This document shows, piece after piece, positions 1 through 13,277 of a stretch of DNA of 64,000 nucleotides. The position numbers and the translations under genes are program-made. Source of the stretch: Vicugna vicugna (lineage: Eukaryota); NCBI GenBank assembly GCA_013265495.1, contig MU057651.1, positions 2,458,948 through 2,522,947 of the forward strand, read 5' to 3'. Positions within the stretch are counted from its first letter, which is position 1, and each line of letters opens with the position of its first letter. Under the pieces are notes generated by a model. That model was not told the origin of the DNA, searched no databases, and was given only the letters and a program-made list of their open reading frames with translations.

Positions 1-570
1 CGCTTTAAATACAGAGAGGAACCAAAAGAGGAGTATGACTGTGGTCGGCTTCCTGCCACCCATCATAACCTCCTTGGTATAGTTTCTTCTTCTTTAAGTT
101 AAAAAAAAACTGTTTTATTATTACAATGACGCATGGTGAATGTCAAGAATTTTAATGCAAAGATGTTTGAAAATCACCACAAAATCCATCATCCAGAAAA
201 TGCCCAACATTAAGAGTAGCTGAGCCTCATGGAAATTATCTTTCTTGCTTATAATTGTGAGTGGATGCAACGCAGAGGTGGATCGATAAACGTGAAGTTA
301 AGACTTCCGTAAAGACGCTGGCATATGACAAATGCTGGTTCAAATGAAAGTGTCACATTTAGACGTGTCTTAAATTTCAAAGGCGGATTTGTTATTTCGA
401 TTCAAATTTGAGTTTGGTAAGCACCAAACAAAATTGGACGGCTGGCTTGTCGTCAAATAGATTTTTCCTCCCAGAAAGATATCCTTTTGTAAAGGATTTC
501 TCTACGATTAAAAAGTTGTGCTGTGAAAAACGCGAAGATCTTCAAACCATTTTTAAATCTATTTGATTCT

Positions 571-700
571 GGGAGGCAGAGCATATAGCTCAGTGGTGGA
601 GTCCTGGGTTTGATCCCCAGTCCCTCCATTAAAAATAAATCAGTAAATAAACCTAATCCCTTCCCCACCAACATAAATAAATAAAGATAAATTTTTTAAA
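571..700 (+). mobile_element. tRNA-derived SINE (camelid vic-1-like), internally deleted
   Basis: A-box tagctcagtgg, B-box-like gggtttgatcccc, A-rich tail. Confidence 0.75.
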
Positions 701-3700
701 GAATAAATCTGTTTGCTTCCACTTAGACAATGTCAGCTGAGTCTCTGCTCTGAAAAGCGAGGGTGTTACTCTGCCTCCCAGTGTTCGGTTATATGATGAT
801 TTTTACATTTTCCAGCTGCATACTATTCACATTTTAGTCTGAATTAGTTCTCCAAGTAGTTTAGCTGTTTGTTATTCATTTTATAAGTTAAGTCAAGGCT
901 CAGATGTAGCTCTTGCCCTACTATTTCCATTTATTTTTGAGTAATCCCTTAATTCATTGGACTTTTCAAAAAGCTTCTACAAATGTTCTGATTCCTCCAC
1001 TGTTCTGCGTTTGAGGCTCTCTGCTTTTGCCTTTCTGCTTGAAGAACTTCTTGGCGAGTATATGATGCTGGTCACTTTTTTTTTCCTCCCCTGAGAATTT
1101 TCTAAATTTTGCCCTGAGGATGGAAGGCAAGACTTCCATGTTCTCTCTGCACGCCTGGAGAATTTAAACACCCTGACTCGGACATGGCTTGGTGTTTCTG
1201 CATTCTGAATTAAACAAACAAAAAAAAATTCCCTGACATTTTAATCTGGAGATTTCCTTTTATTTTTTCCTCTTCTATTTCTTGGAAAGTCTTTTTTTTT
1301 TAATTTATAAACATATCTTTTGTTCCATCTGCTGTGAGAGATACCAGTTGTCCTTATGTTGGAGAGTTTGTCTTCCACATCTGTTAGCATTTCTCTAAGT
1401 TTATTTTTTTGTCTTTCTCACATTGATTCCCTGTAGTATCTTATGTTTTTTCCTCTACATCAGTCATTCCATTTTTGGTACTTTATGTTCTGTGTCTTGC
1501 TGTTTCTAACCCACGTATGTATAACACTATAATAATGCTGTCTGGACTTCATTTATCTCCTGAGATCCAAAATCACCATTTTCGCCTTACTCTGTTGCTT
1601 TAGCATGCTGTGTTTCAGTATTTTTTTTTAAATTGAATCTATGCCACAAAGCCATTATGAGGCATTTCTTCTCCTCCTTGAACTAAGCTGCTTTCCTAGG
1701 ATGGCCTCATTGGTCTGTGTTTCTCTTCTTTATTCCCTTGGATGAATAGGAAATACATGTCAGCGTTCTTCCCACTGTATCAGATTTTTTTTTTAACCCC
1801 TTATGTTAACTTTTCTAAATCCTGAAAGGATACCAAAGATGGGACTGGGGGAAGTTCAGGGGAGGAGAAGCGCAGTCTTTGATAAAGGACTTTCTCCCTG
1901 TCCCTGGTTGAGAAGTGTGGTTTCCAGCCCCTGCAGGGGGTTACTCTGGACACTGGGCTGTTTCCTCTCTGCATGTAGCATCGAGGGCCTAACTCCTGTC
2001 TCCTGTCTGGAGACCAGCCTCACCACTCACTAGTCCAGGGTCACCTGGTTCCCATCAGCAGAAGTGTCAGCTGCTTTTTTGATCAGAAGTGGAAAAAGAC
2101 AGTATCTGAATTGATTCTCTACAGATATGGGGATTTTAGGGAAATTGCTGGGCATTCTGTTGGTTCATAGTTAAGATTTTTGTAAGTGCGACCAGCGGGG
2201 AAGCTTTGCTAAACATGTTGTGCCAGAATTTTCTTCGTTTTCTTTTTTTTTTTTTTTTTTGGTTTTTTTTTTTTTTTTTTTAGAGTATATATTTCATTGG
2301 AATATGTACCTTTCTTTAGCTTCTTGCCAAAGTGAATTTTGTGGGGTTTTTCTCCCCTTGTAGCATATTAAGGAAGATAGATTCTGTGGGAGGTTTCAAT
2401 ATGCCAATATGCCACGTTAATCTGAAATACACGTTGTTTTTTCCCTACCTCCGTTTCTTGCTGATTCCTGGTTTCAAAAGCAAATGATGCCAGGGGTTCT
2501 TTGGGAAACCACAGAACCATGACTTTGGGAGACACGAGGCGGTTAAGTGGGAAAGCGTCACTTTGGGGGAGCTGTAAGCACTTTTGTACTGATTAAAATT
2601 GTCCGCAAAGTGCACTCCCCTCCTCTCCCAGCCGGGGTTTGGGGGAAGGATGGACTGAGATCCCGCTGGGGTGAATGTAAGAAGATGCTTAAATCCTCAG
2701 CACAAAAACAGGAGACGATGACACGGTTTCTCTGATAATATTCTGTAACTTCTAACCTTCAGTGGAGAGAAGCACCACGTCTCTGACCCCTGCCACCCAA
2801 CTTGCAGAGAGAGTCCATTCCATTCGGTTTCTGCAAGGGCGTGGCTGGCCACTGGCAAGTCTCTTTGTGTCATCCAGGGTCCCATGGCACTGCTGTCAGG
2901 CTGTGCATCCCTCTGGACCACCAGGAGAGTCGACTGAAAGGCAGCCAGGCCATTGTGCAATAAACATCCACTTCAAAGCAAGAAATTAGACGTAATGGTA
3001 CCTTATGGTGCGATGGGGCAGACTCTTGGACAATTATCAGTGGTCACTGATAACAATAATAATTAAGTTAGTGAACTATAGAGCAGTTTACCCTTCTGCT
3101 GCTAAGAACCAGCCGCAGATCTTAATGTCCCATCTTAATGTTAACATCTTAAAGGTGTCGGTGTGGGGAGTTCTGGCAGAAGCGAGCTTGCCTTCTGCTA
3201 TGAACCATGATATTAGAGCGTATGTGTCTTGAGGCAAAACTTGCTGGTGGGCCCTCGACAGTCATTCTTGGGGCATCATGCAGGCTCTGTCTTTTTTTTT
3301 TTTTTTTTTTTTTTTGCAAGAACAAGCAAGTCACCCCACTGCCTGTAGCATCCTCGGTCTGCTCCCAGCTCTCCGCCACCTGTCTGCGCAGCCCGGGGTC
3401 CACGGCTGCTAATGACTGGAAGGAGAGGGTGGGGTGTGAAGCGAGGGAGGATGTGGGAACGGTGTGTGACCCTTTCTCCTCCCGCCACAAGGCCGAGCCC
3501 GCCTTGTGTTACGGGCAAGGCTGACACCATTTCCCTCTACCGTTTCCCTGTTGCCCGCAAGGAGTATACAGTTACTGTATTTTTATTAAGCTGTCTGCCA
3601 GGGTGTTACAGTTACGACTTTAATAAATCCGTCATGCCGTAGCCCTTGGAGTAAGTGCATCGCTCATGAATGATCCTATAGTTAAGTATTTTAATTAAAT

Positions 3701-3859
3701 GAACTGATGCTACACGGACCAGTTACGGCAAATTACTTAGAACACGGTATTGAAAATACATACAAATACAATACATTCGCTCATCTAAATAGGCACCTTA
3801 AATTAAACTTTAAAAGCGGTTTAACAAGACGTGGGGATGGGCTCAGTCCGCTTGAGTAT

Positions 3860-5050
3860 GCGCGGGTTGGTCCAGGGATGGAGCCCAGGGGCGCGCGCGC
3901 GAAGCACGCGCTCCGCCCCCGAGGAAGCGCTGCTTAAACGACGCTCGGTGTGTGGGCCGCCCCCTCGGGCATCGCGTGTCCGGCCTGGCTGGTTGCAGCG
4001 CCGACCCCGGTGCCAGGGGCCGTCGGGGCGGCGCTGTGCCGGCCTCGCCGGGCCCGGGGGGCGCCGGCCCCGCGGGGCTGGGGGCGGGGGGGCGCCGGCC
4101 GGTGTGGACTCGCCTGACCCCCCCCCCCGTCTCCCCGCAGGGGACAAGTGCCTGTCGGAGCTGCCGTACGACGGCGGCGCCGGCTTCGAGAAGGAGAGCG
4201 AGGCGATGCAGACGCACGTGATGGACCAGGCCATCAACAACGCCATCAGCTACCTGGGCGCCGAGTCGCTGCGGCCGCTCGTGCAGACGCCGCCGGGCGC
4301 CGGCGCCGAGGCCGTGGCGGCGCTCGGGCCGCTCTTCCCGCTGCACAAGCCGCTGGCCGAGGGGGGCCCCGCGCGCGCCGGCCCCGCGGCGCAGGACAGC
4401 GCGGCCGAGCACCTGCTGCTGCTCTCCAAGGCCAAGGCCGCGTCGTCCGAGCGCGAGGCGTCGCCCAGCCACAGCTGCCCAGACTCGACGGACACCGAGA
4501 GCAACGCGGAGGAGCAGCGCGGCGGCCTCATCTACCTGACCAACCACATCGGCGCGCACGCGCGCAACGGCCTGTCCGTCAAGGAGGAGCAGGCGGCCTA
4601 CGAGGCCCTGCGCGCCGCGTCCGACGGCGCGCACGACGCGTTCCGCGTGCTGGGCACGGCCGGCGAGCCGCTCAAGGTGTACCGCTGCGAGCCGTGCCGC
4701 GTGCTCTTCCTGGACCACGTCATGTACACCATCCACATGGGCTGCCACGGCTTCCGGGACCCCTTTGAGTGCAACATGTGCGGCCACCACAGCCAGGACA
4801 GGTACGAGTTCTCGTCGCACATCACGCGCGGCGAGCACCGCTTCCACATGAGCTAAAGCATCCGCCGCCGCCCCGCGCCCCGCGCCCGGGGCCCCGCCAG
4901 CGTCCCCCCGCCCACCCGGCTGCTGCCGGCACCGGACCACGCCGTTCCGCTTCGACTGCTCGCTGCGCCCCTTTCCTTCGTTCTCTTGCTTTGGGAGACG
5001 CGGAGGCTTTCGTGCTGGATGCTGGGTTACACTCGGACCCCACCCCCGCC
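3860..5050. promoter_or_regulatory. CpG island over the IKZF1 last exon
   Basis: Very high GC and CpG density from about 3860 to 5050. Confidence 0.85.
4141..4856 (+). CDS. IKZF1: Ikaros last coding exon, with the two C-terminal dimerisation zinc fingers (partial CDS; upstream exons outside window)
   Basis: Acceptor ...ctccccgcag|G at 4140/4141 (phase 1). Translation GDK...[27 protein letters not shown]...[21 protein letters not shown]...[28 protein letters not shown] matches the Ikaros C-terminus. TAA at 4854-4856. Confidence 0.98.
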
Positions 5051-8000
5051 CCACCCCCCTCCTCGCCAAACCGACCTCTTCCTGGATGTGTCTGGACACT
5101 GCTGGCTGGCATGCCCTCCCCTGTGGCGCCCTGGATCGCTGCCCTCCAAACCGCTTGGCATTTCCGGAGAGAATTCTCTAAAAGCCGGCCAGAGCCTGGG
5201 GAGGAATGAACCGGTTCCCGGCCTCCGCAGGGGGATGCACACAGCACGTGTGGCTTCCACGGTCCCAGCATCGGAGCGTAGCCCCTGAGGTGTGGCCGTG
5301 ACGGTGAACCGGCCCGGGAGGCGCCCCACACAGCAGAGCCTGGAAACGTGCGGGCGCGTGTGTGTGTGTGTGTGTGTGTGTGTAGCTGGGGCCAAAGGCC
5401 ACAGTTTCTAAAAGCGAGTGGTACTCTAGGTCCTGTTCTGCGCAGGAAAATTCGTTGTTGGGGGAAAGTGGCTACTGGGGCCAAGGGAGGCTGCAATTGA
5501 GACCCTTTCAGACTCATTCGCAGTTTCCAAAGTCCTGGGCTGTGACGCTGTCCCCGTGGCCAAGCAGAGTGAACTCAGTCTTCCTGTGGGCCCATCCGGA
5601 CACCACTGTGGTCTGTTTGTACATCGCCAGACCTTCGATGGCCCCAAGGGCTGTCACTACATTTCTGCCACCAGCCCTGAAATTTGGCCCTGAATTCCTT
5701 CTGAAACTCTCAAATGATGGGATTCCTCAGAAACCAACCTTTAGTCTAAATTCCACACTGATTTCCTTGGTTATCCACTCCTTCCCGGGACAGGATCTAC
5801 CTGTGACCTCTCTCCCCCGCCAAAGGCCCCTTCCAGACCTCGTTTGATGTCTGGCTTCCAGCCGTGGGCCTGGATCTCTTCCCATCAGTGGATTTCTCTC
5901 TCTGGCTGCTGTGAATGACCTTCTCACGTTAAAACCCAGAGAAGAGTGATTCAGGGTGACCATTCATTTTCAGGTCAAGGAAAGCCAGCAGACGTCGCTG
6001 ACATATAGCAGCTCCCTGTTTGAAACTAAACTTTCAGACAATCCGAAATTCTCTGCAGTAAGGACGTAAGCTCTGAACCCATTCTTGCTGGGGGATGGGA
6101 GTGTTCAGGACACTCTCGTGACCAGCCCTTGAGGTATGACAGGACAGAGGCAGGTGAGGACCCTAATTGCTCTCTGACACCCCACAAAGGTGTCTGTGGT
6201 TCTGATCGCCACCAGGAAGGTAATAGAATTGGATGATTCTCTCATTAAGTACATTAAGTACGTTCCTCTCTGGCTCGTAGGCAGGAAAATTGTCCAATTT
6301 CTGATGTTTACAGCATTCGTTTGCAACCAGAAATGTCCCCCGGGGGGCCAAAAGCTTTTCCCTGGAGAGAACCGCTGGTCTAGACAAGTTCTTTGGAAAC
6401 ATGCCTGCTCGGGTGCATTTGAGTTTTGTTGAAGGGACGGCTTCCCCGGAGATGACGCATCCTTGAGTCTTGGGTCCCCTTGCTTCCAGAACGCTATGGC
6501 GATTTTGAAACTGGAAAGAGACAGCATTGTGATAATTGAGGTACTGACACACGGATGTCCTGGGTAAAGGAGCAGGTTGAGAGCTGACCTGTTGACAATT
6601 ACAGTCAGAGGAACAGGTTCAAGGTGAGAGACTTCGTAGGTTCCCATTCGCTGGCCAGTACCGCCTGCCCTGGTGTTTCCCATCCATCAGTTCATTGAAA
6701 GGAGGTGTTTCCCCCCCACCGTGGCTTCAAACAAAAGCTTAACGCACAGTTGTAAATAGTGGCCACAGCAATTCTCTTCTCCAGTGCTTCCCCCTTCCTC
6801 CCTCTGCTTTTTACAGCCAAGATGACCATTTATTTACCCATCTTTTGTTGTGGTTTTACACTGTAACGCCATTTCTCTTTGAAAGTATTGTATTTAAAAG
6901 TAAGGTTGCATATCATGTCGACAAAGAATTAAATTATGTTTGCGAGCTGACCAGGTTCTGTACTGAAAGCTTGGCAAGGATTCCTTCTAGCTGGTAAAAA
7001 AGTAGGATTTTGCATGACCTGACACCCTTTTGTTCTGTGGTTTGCTCTGCTGTTTGACGGTGTGAGTGTGTGTCGAGGGGACCGCTGGGTACCGAAGTGC
7101 GCCCAGGTTTCGTGCACTCTCGTGGGGTTTAAAATGAGCATCTGCAGAAAGAGGGGCGCTGGTGGCACACGGATCTGTGGATCACAAGAAGAAATCCCCG
7201 TTTGCCGTTCCCGCCCCTCCCCGGTCTCCCAGCGTCCATCCGTGCAGAGCTCCCTACCCAGGTCCTTCTGCATCCTGTGCCTGAGAACGAGGGCTTGTCT
7301 TAGTTGAAGACTCACTGAAGAAAAATTGCGTGATCATTGCTTTGTCACCAAAGGGCATCACTTCGGGTACCAGCGTGTGTCACTTCCAATTTAGCATCAG
7401 CCATGGAATGAGATCTCAGAGCCTCATGGAGAAACACCTTAAAGGAGATGGGAAGACGGGAGTTCTTTTGTGTCTTTTGTCTTCTATCTTTGTGCTTCTT
7501 TTCCTTGTTTTGCTTTGATTACCTTGTGACTCTCACAGCGTCATCTTCTTGCCGAAACAAAAGCGAGACGGCGTGGACTTGTGTAGACGAGACATGAAGG
7601 AACATGAAGGAACTTCTTGAGTTCCAGCAGAAGCGGAAGGTCAGCTCTATGCCAAACCCAGACATCTCTCCTTCAGTTCAAGTGTGTGTGTGTGTGTGTG
7701 TTTTTGACTTTGAAATGAACCAAGATTAGACTTATTTAAGATATACAGACATCAGAGGAAAAAAAAAAAAGCACAATGCTGTTGGTACGTAACATTCACT
7801 GTGAACACATGTAACCAGATTTCAATATGCAATAACGCGGCCAGCCCTTTCTAATACACTTTTTTACGAAGTTGTGTGTGGTGATTGTTAAGGTCGGCTT
7901 CATTTGTATCCAGAGCAGCTTTCAGTGTTCAGCTGGCAAATTCATGTACAGGACTGTAAATGAGAAAAACTGCCTCTATGATCATGTTAAATTATTTCTG

Positions 8001-8125
8001 TTTCGCTGTGAACGACGGGTGTGCGCCCCACCCACTCTGGAGGAATAGAGTAGAGTTTTGTACACATTTTGAAATGCTTCGTCTGTAGTGGTAGAGCGAA
8101 TAAAGACAACGAATACTCTGTCTGG
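4857..8125 (+). other. IKZF1: IKZF1 3' UTR (about 3.3 kb) ending near a candidate poly(A) signal
   Basis: Follows the stop codon; AU-rich distal block; AATAAA at 8099-8104. The exact end is inferred. Confidence 0.65.
5357..5382. repeat. (GT)n microsatellite in the IKZF1 3' UTR
   Basis: Directly visible; similar tracts at about 7683-7700, 40440-40456, 56861-56878 and 61770-61795. Confidence 0.95.
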
Positions 8126-10609
8126 CCCATCCCGTGAAGCCCACGCTAGCCTCAGAGCGGCGACGTCCCGGTCAGGGGGCTGGGGGTCCTCGGGGATGCT
8201 CTGCACGCAGCGGCGTCAGCTCGTTTGGCAGACTGACCACCTGCTGTCCAAGCTGTGCCGGGCTTGGGGCCCTCAGTCTCCGTCTCTGATCTCTGGGTGT
8301 GGATCCGAGGCGGGGTGGAGGTGGTGGGTGCCGTCTGCACAGAGCACCCTGCGTAACGCCCTGGTGGCGCTTTGCTCGCAGAGCTACACACTTGGGGAGG
8401 GCCGGGGGGGGGGGTTCAGTGCCGCAGACTCCCCGGCTCTGCCCCAGGTCCTCCAGCCCGTCTGGAGAAGCAGCCAGACGCCACGTGACATCAGAGCTAG
8501 CAAATACGGGGCAGTGGTCAAGTTCACACGGCACATTTGCTCCAAATGAGGGAAACTTGAATGAAATGAACAGAGTGTAGTGTTTCACGTTGGGCCCAGA
8601 AGGGACTTTGAAATGTGCCATTGGCCGGGGCAGCGTCCTTCAAGGAAGTCCACAGCACCCACCCACCTCCCAGGCTACTGATTTGAAAGGGGACATTGTT
8701 TGGAGACGTGGTGATGCACCACAGACAAATCGGTCCCTCCGTTTCACAGCCGTGCCATCATTTCTCAGTGATCACTTAGAAGTGAGCTCGGCTCAAACTC
8801 AGGAGGGAAAGTGACTTAAAAGGGCACGGGTTTGACCTTGAGAGTGAGGAACGTGCCCGTTGCGTCTTATGAAGCTTCATGAGTGTTCACTGAAGGCTTT
8901 GAGGAAAACGACTGCTTACACTCAACTCCAGCGCCCTGTCACTGTTCCCAGCACACCTGGAACAGCCCCTGCGCTCCCGAGACAGCTCCGTGTCTGACGC
9001 TCCCCCTGGGGCAGCCCCAGGGGTTTTATCATCCTCCGCCCCCCAAAACAGCTGCTCTTCTGCAGTTCACTTCTGCTCCTGATGAGTGTGGTAAGTTTAA
9101 AAGCCACACTGTATTTTAAACATTAGTCTGAAATGTGGGGAGCGAACTGTCAGAATTGGGGGCTCAAGAGGCCCGATCTTTCTGATCGCATTTCCAGTTA
9201 ATTAGTCATATTTTTTTAATCAAAATTAAACGTCTTGGAGGCTTTGTGACGCCTCGGCGAAATTTTGCCTTCTCCTTAAAAGCACAGGGATTCTCAGAGG
9301 AACAGGACCTCCTGGCTGTTTCCAAAAGCCTTGTTCTTTGAGGTGACCTCTCAAATCTAGACACAGAGCAGGGCAGAAAACAGCTCAGTCAGTCCAAGAC
9401 TCGGAAGGCATTCTCAGACCAGCGAGGCAGGACTTCCAGGTTCCTTCAAGGCCCAGAGCATCTCCCTGAACCCCGTACTCACTCTGCACCAGGACCCGGA
9501 GCAGCCACGGCTGCCGAGTGGGGATGGATCCCAAGTTGCTGCTGGTCTCCCATGCCTTCCCCAAGAAGCCCCGCCCGCACCATCCCTGATGACCAGGAAA
9601 AGGATTCGTTTGGCTCTTAGCATAACCGTTCTGCCCACAGCCCTGGATCCTGCCCTCCCATTGGCCTCTCCCACCATTAACCCAAATTCCCAGCTCCCAG
9701 CCCAAGGCTGCCTCTAGACCCCTTCCCCACCCCCGGCCCCGGCGCCTCCAAGGCTGCTTCTCAAATGCAGTGCAGAATCACTCGGCTCGTTCCTAAAAAG
9801 GCAGTTTCCAGAGGCCCACTCCTGACCGCTCTGGAACTGGAGGTCTGCCTGGCGCCCCCCCCCACCAGATGTGGGACCAGCTCCCCAAGGTGGGGTCCGC
9901 TGACTCCCACCCACTCTCTCCCCCTCAAGGCAGGCACCTCCTTAACCCTCTTCCCCAGCCCAGTCACCCCCACCTCCTCTTTTTTGGATGGAGAAGGAAA
10001 AATTAATAACATCTCTCTCTTCCCCTCTTCAGTCCAGATCAACTCGGGCAGAGACAAGGGTCAGAGAGGGGGAACCAAAATACTGACTGTGCTCCCCTGA
10101 AAACCTGGGTCAGAGGCCGGAGCTTCCGTGCACGACCACCCTACCTAGGCAGACTTAACTCTGCGGGGTGCAGGCAGGACTGGGGCTCGGCCACCCCCTG
10201 AAAAGGCTGAGCCGCTGCCCTGCAGGCAGGGGGACGGGGGCCAGAACCCACACCTGGCAGTCAGCAGAGCCCAGGAAACCAAAAGCAGACAAGCTTAGCG
10301 CCTGCAGGCAGGCAGAGAGTGTGAAAATCAGCCAAGCAGGCGACGGGGAGCCCCCGGGGGGCAGAGAGGAGAGAGTGTCACCACCGCCACCGTGAGAAGC
10401 AGGGGCAGTGCTGGGAGGACCAGGGGGCAGCCCCCGCGGGAGAGGCAACGCTTTAGCCTGTGTGTGCACGGCAGCGGTGCTGGAACTGGAGACAAGCTGG
10501 GGTAAGAGGGGAGCCAAGGGGGGGGGGACTTGACTCTGCCACTAGAACGCGGTTTCTGGGAGCAGGAACACTGTGATTTACTGCTCTGGCCTCAGTGTAC
10601 CCCGGGTTT

Positions 10610-11108
10610 GCTGTGGTCTGAACGTATGTGTCCCCTTCCCCAAAATCCGTACGTGGAAATCCTCCCCCACAAAGGTGATGCTGCCTGGAGACGGATCTTC
10701 GGGAGATGGTTAGGTCATGAGGGTGGGGGCCCTCGTGATGAGATTAGCGCCCTTATAAAAGGGACTTCGATGGGGAGGTAGTGCCTGCCTACCATGCCTG
10801 AGGTTCTGGGTTCAATCCCCAGTCCCTCCATTTAAAAAAATTAATTATTAGACCTAATTACCTATCCCCAAAAGAATTATTTTTAAAAAAGAAATAAAAG
10901 GGAAAAAAAAAAGCTGCTTCAGAGAGCTCCCTCGCCCTTCCACCCGCTGAGCACACAGCGAAGTCTGCCGCCCGGGTGAGTGTCCTCCCCCGACCCTGAC
11001 CTCAGGCTTCCAGATTCCAGAACTGGGGGGGGGGGGAGTGAATCTCTCTTATTTGCAAGCCACCCCGTCTCTGGCATTTCACTCTAGCATCCCAGAGCGG
11101 TTGAGACG
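10610..11108 (+). mobile_element. MaLR LTR (MLT1-like) interrupted by a SINE
   Basis: tgtggtctgaacgt...gtcccc start, cccttataaaagg, cttccagattccagaact and aagccacccc motifs. Confidence 0.7.
10771..10912 (+). mobile_element. tRNA-derived SINE nested in the MaLR LTR
   Basis: gaggttctgggttcaatccccagtccctcc followed by acctaattacc tail and A-run. Confidence 0.8.
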
Positions 11109-11487
11109 GTGCTCAGTGAGTATCTGCTGCATAATCATCTGTTGAAATGATGCGATCTGTGGCACGTGAAGGAGTAACAAGGACTTGGCTCCAAGTCTCG
11201 GGTCCTGTAGGGAACGGGGGGCCGGGCAGAGGAATTGAAGGGGCAGCTGGACTTTAACTGAAGCCTTTGGGTGACTAGAGCAGGCCAGCTTGAAAGGGAG
11301 GCTGGAGTCTGGGGTCCTCGGCCCGTGGACCCCGCTGAGGAGCGCAGTGACAGACACCGGGAGGGGCGGAAAGAGACAGCCAGGCGGGAGGGTGGGCGAC
11401 GGCTCGGGAACCCCAGAGGAAACGGGGCACTGTTCCAGGCAGAAGGAAGGCCAGCCCGGATTTGCTCTAAGAAGAGGAGAGGCCGGG

Positions 11488-11575
11488 AGGGGAGGGTGCA
11501 GCTCAGCCATAGAGCACATGCTTAGCATGCACGAGGTCCTGAGTTCAACCCCAGTCCCTCCAAAAAAAAAAAAGA
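11488..11575 (+). mobile_element. tRNA-derived SINE
   Basis: ggggagggtgcagctcag...atgcttagcatgcacgaggtcctgagttcaaccccag followed by poly(A). Confidence 0.85.
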
Positions 11576-13277
11576 AGAAGAGAGATCAGAAAAAATGTCC
11601 AACAGAGCAGCCGAGATGAAGAGGGGACTGGAGGAAGCCACTGGCTGAGCACCTAAGACACCTGCAGTGACCTCTTAGAGCAGTTCCTCTGACAGGTGCC
11701 GGGCGGTGCAGGAGGCAGAGGTGGGAGGAGGAGGGCTGGGGCCTGGGGAGAGATGCCAGCAGAGGAGAAATGGGGAACTCGGTGAGCCCCGGGCCTCCGG
11801 CCTCAGCTGGGACTTGATGCTTCAGAAATGCCCGCTGCCGGGCTGTGCTTCCCTAAGGAGGAAGGTGGAAACCTCACTGTGAAGTCCCCTCGCCTTTTCC
11901 GCTTTTCGGTAAAGTCAAGGACGGGAATGAGGCAAAATCCCTGAGTGATGTCTCCCGTGGCCTCCCTCCTCTGGGGCCCGTGGGTGCCCCCGGGGGCCGG
12001 GCCTGTGCCTCCCCGCCCCTGGCAGCGGGGGGCTGCCCCAGGAGCCGAGCAGATGGGCTGCGGCTGCCCGGCGGGTCTGCACGGCGGGGGCCAGATGCCA
12101 CCCCCCAGGTCCCCGTGCACAAGTGGGAACCAGCCGCCTGGGGAGGAAATTTGCATAATAAGGATAATTTGGTACCAAAGCCGCCCTCTGAAGTGAACTG
12201 CATGGATCTGGGTAGAGTTAACCAATTTCACTTCTCCTTTCCCATGTTTTGTCAAACTGACTAGATGTGACCCTGAGGGTGCGGAGCGTCCAGAGACAGC
12301 TTGTTTCTCGCCTTGTGAGTCAGCCCCAGGCCTCCCCTCTCGGCCTGGCCACGTCCCGGGCCTCCCGCTCCCACTGCCGGCTCCTCTCCCGGCTGCTCCC
12401 GGCACACGTGGACCCACCCAGCAGGGCGCCCACCCACAGCCCCGCCGACTCCCGGGCCCCCGCAGGCGAGCGGGTGCTCGCCCCCTCCCGCCTCCCGGCG
12501 GCACCGCCTCCGGCCGCGTCTCACCGCGGCTCCCGGCACCTGCAGCAGCTTCCCCATCTCCAGCATCCCTCCCGCTTCCTGTGGGCAAGGGCGGGCCACG
12601 GCCCCACGGCAAGGAGGGTCTGTGGTTTCAGGCCCTCCGTTCGATTCCCCTTTCAGGGCCCTCCTCCCTTCTGGGCGCCGCCCTTCGCAAAGCCCGCCAC
12701 GCCTGCCCCTGCCAACGCCCAGATCCCAGCCCCGAGAGCATCCCGGTTGCCTTTGAAAGCTGCTCTGACACCAGCCTGTGGGAAGACAGTTGTGCGTGCT
12801 AAAATAGGCCCAGGTGTGCGTCTGGGGGCCTGGGGGCCTGGGGTCAGGGAACCTGGTCTGGGGTTCAAGTCCGCAGGATGGCATCCGGCCCGACCAAGAC
12901 CCCACCCCTAGCAGCCATCACTCAAGGCTCCTTCTGACCCTCGAGGCAGCCCCAGGCCTGCACACCGTGGCCCCGCTGGTCCTGGAATTCTCCCCGCGTC
13001 TTGCCGGCCGCAGAAGCAGTCATGTGACAAGGCTGAGCTCTTGTCCCTCACCAACTGGTGGGGCTTCCTCAAGACCGGACCTCTGGGTTCCCGGAGCTCC
13101 CTGGGAAGGGCTGGGCTGGGGGCTGCTATGCGGAGTGCCTGCCTCCGGCGTCAGACTGCGAGGCTCCGCCAGCCCCGAACCCCCAGTGCAAGCACTGAGG
13201 TCAGCCCCTGCCCCCAGGGACGGTGTGTGGGGCGCAGGATGCACCCTTCTCCCCCGCTCCCTGGGGCTCTGTGAATT

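Noticed and set aside
3831..4140. N-terminal 103 aa of the 341-aa ORF as part of Ikaros
   Set aside because: It lies upstream of the splice acceptor at 4140, so it is intronic GC-rich sequence that is open by chance.
3843..5099. 418-aa antisense ORF and other overlapping ORFs over the IKZF1 exon
   Set aside because: Shadow ORFs caused by extreme GC3; low-complexity composition with no recognisable domain.
7592..7612. Small tandem duplications (acatgaagga x2; also at about 6243 and 29688)
   Set aside because: Ordinary 9-11 bp slippage events.
11488..11560. tRNA gene
   Set aside because: The A/B boxes belong to a multi-copy SINE with a poly(A) tail; no full cloverleaf.
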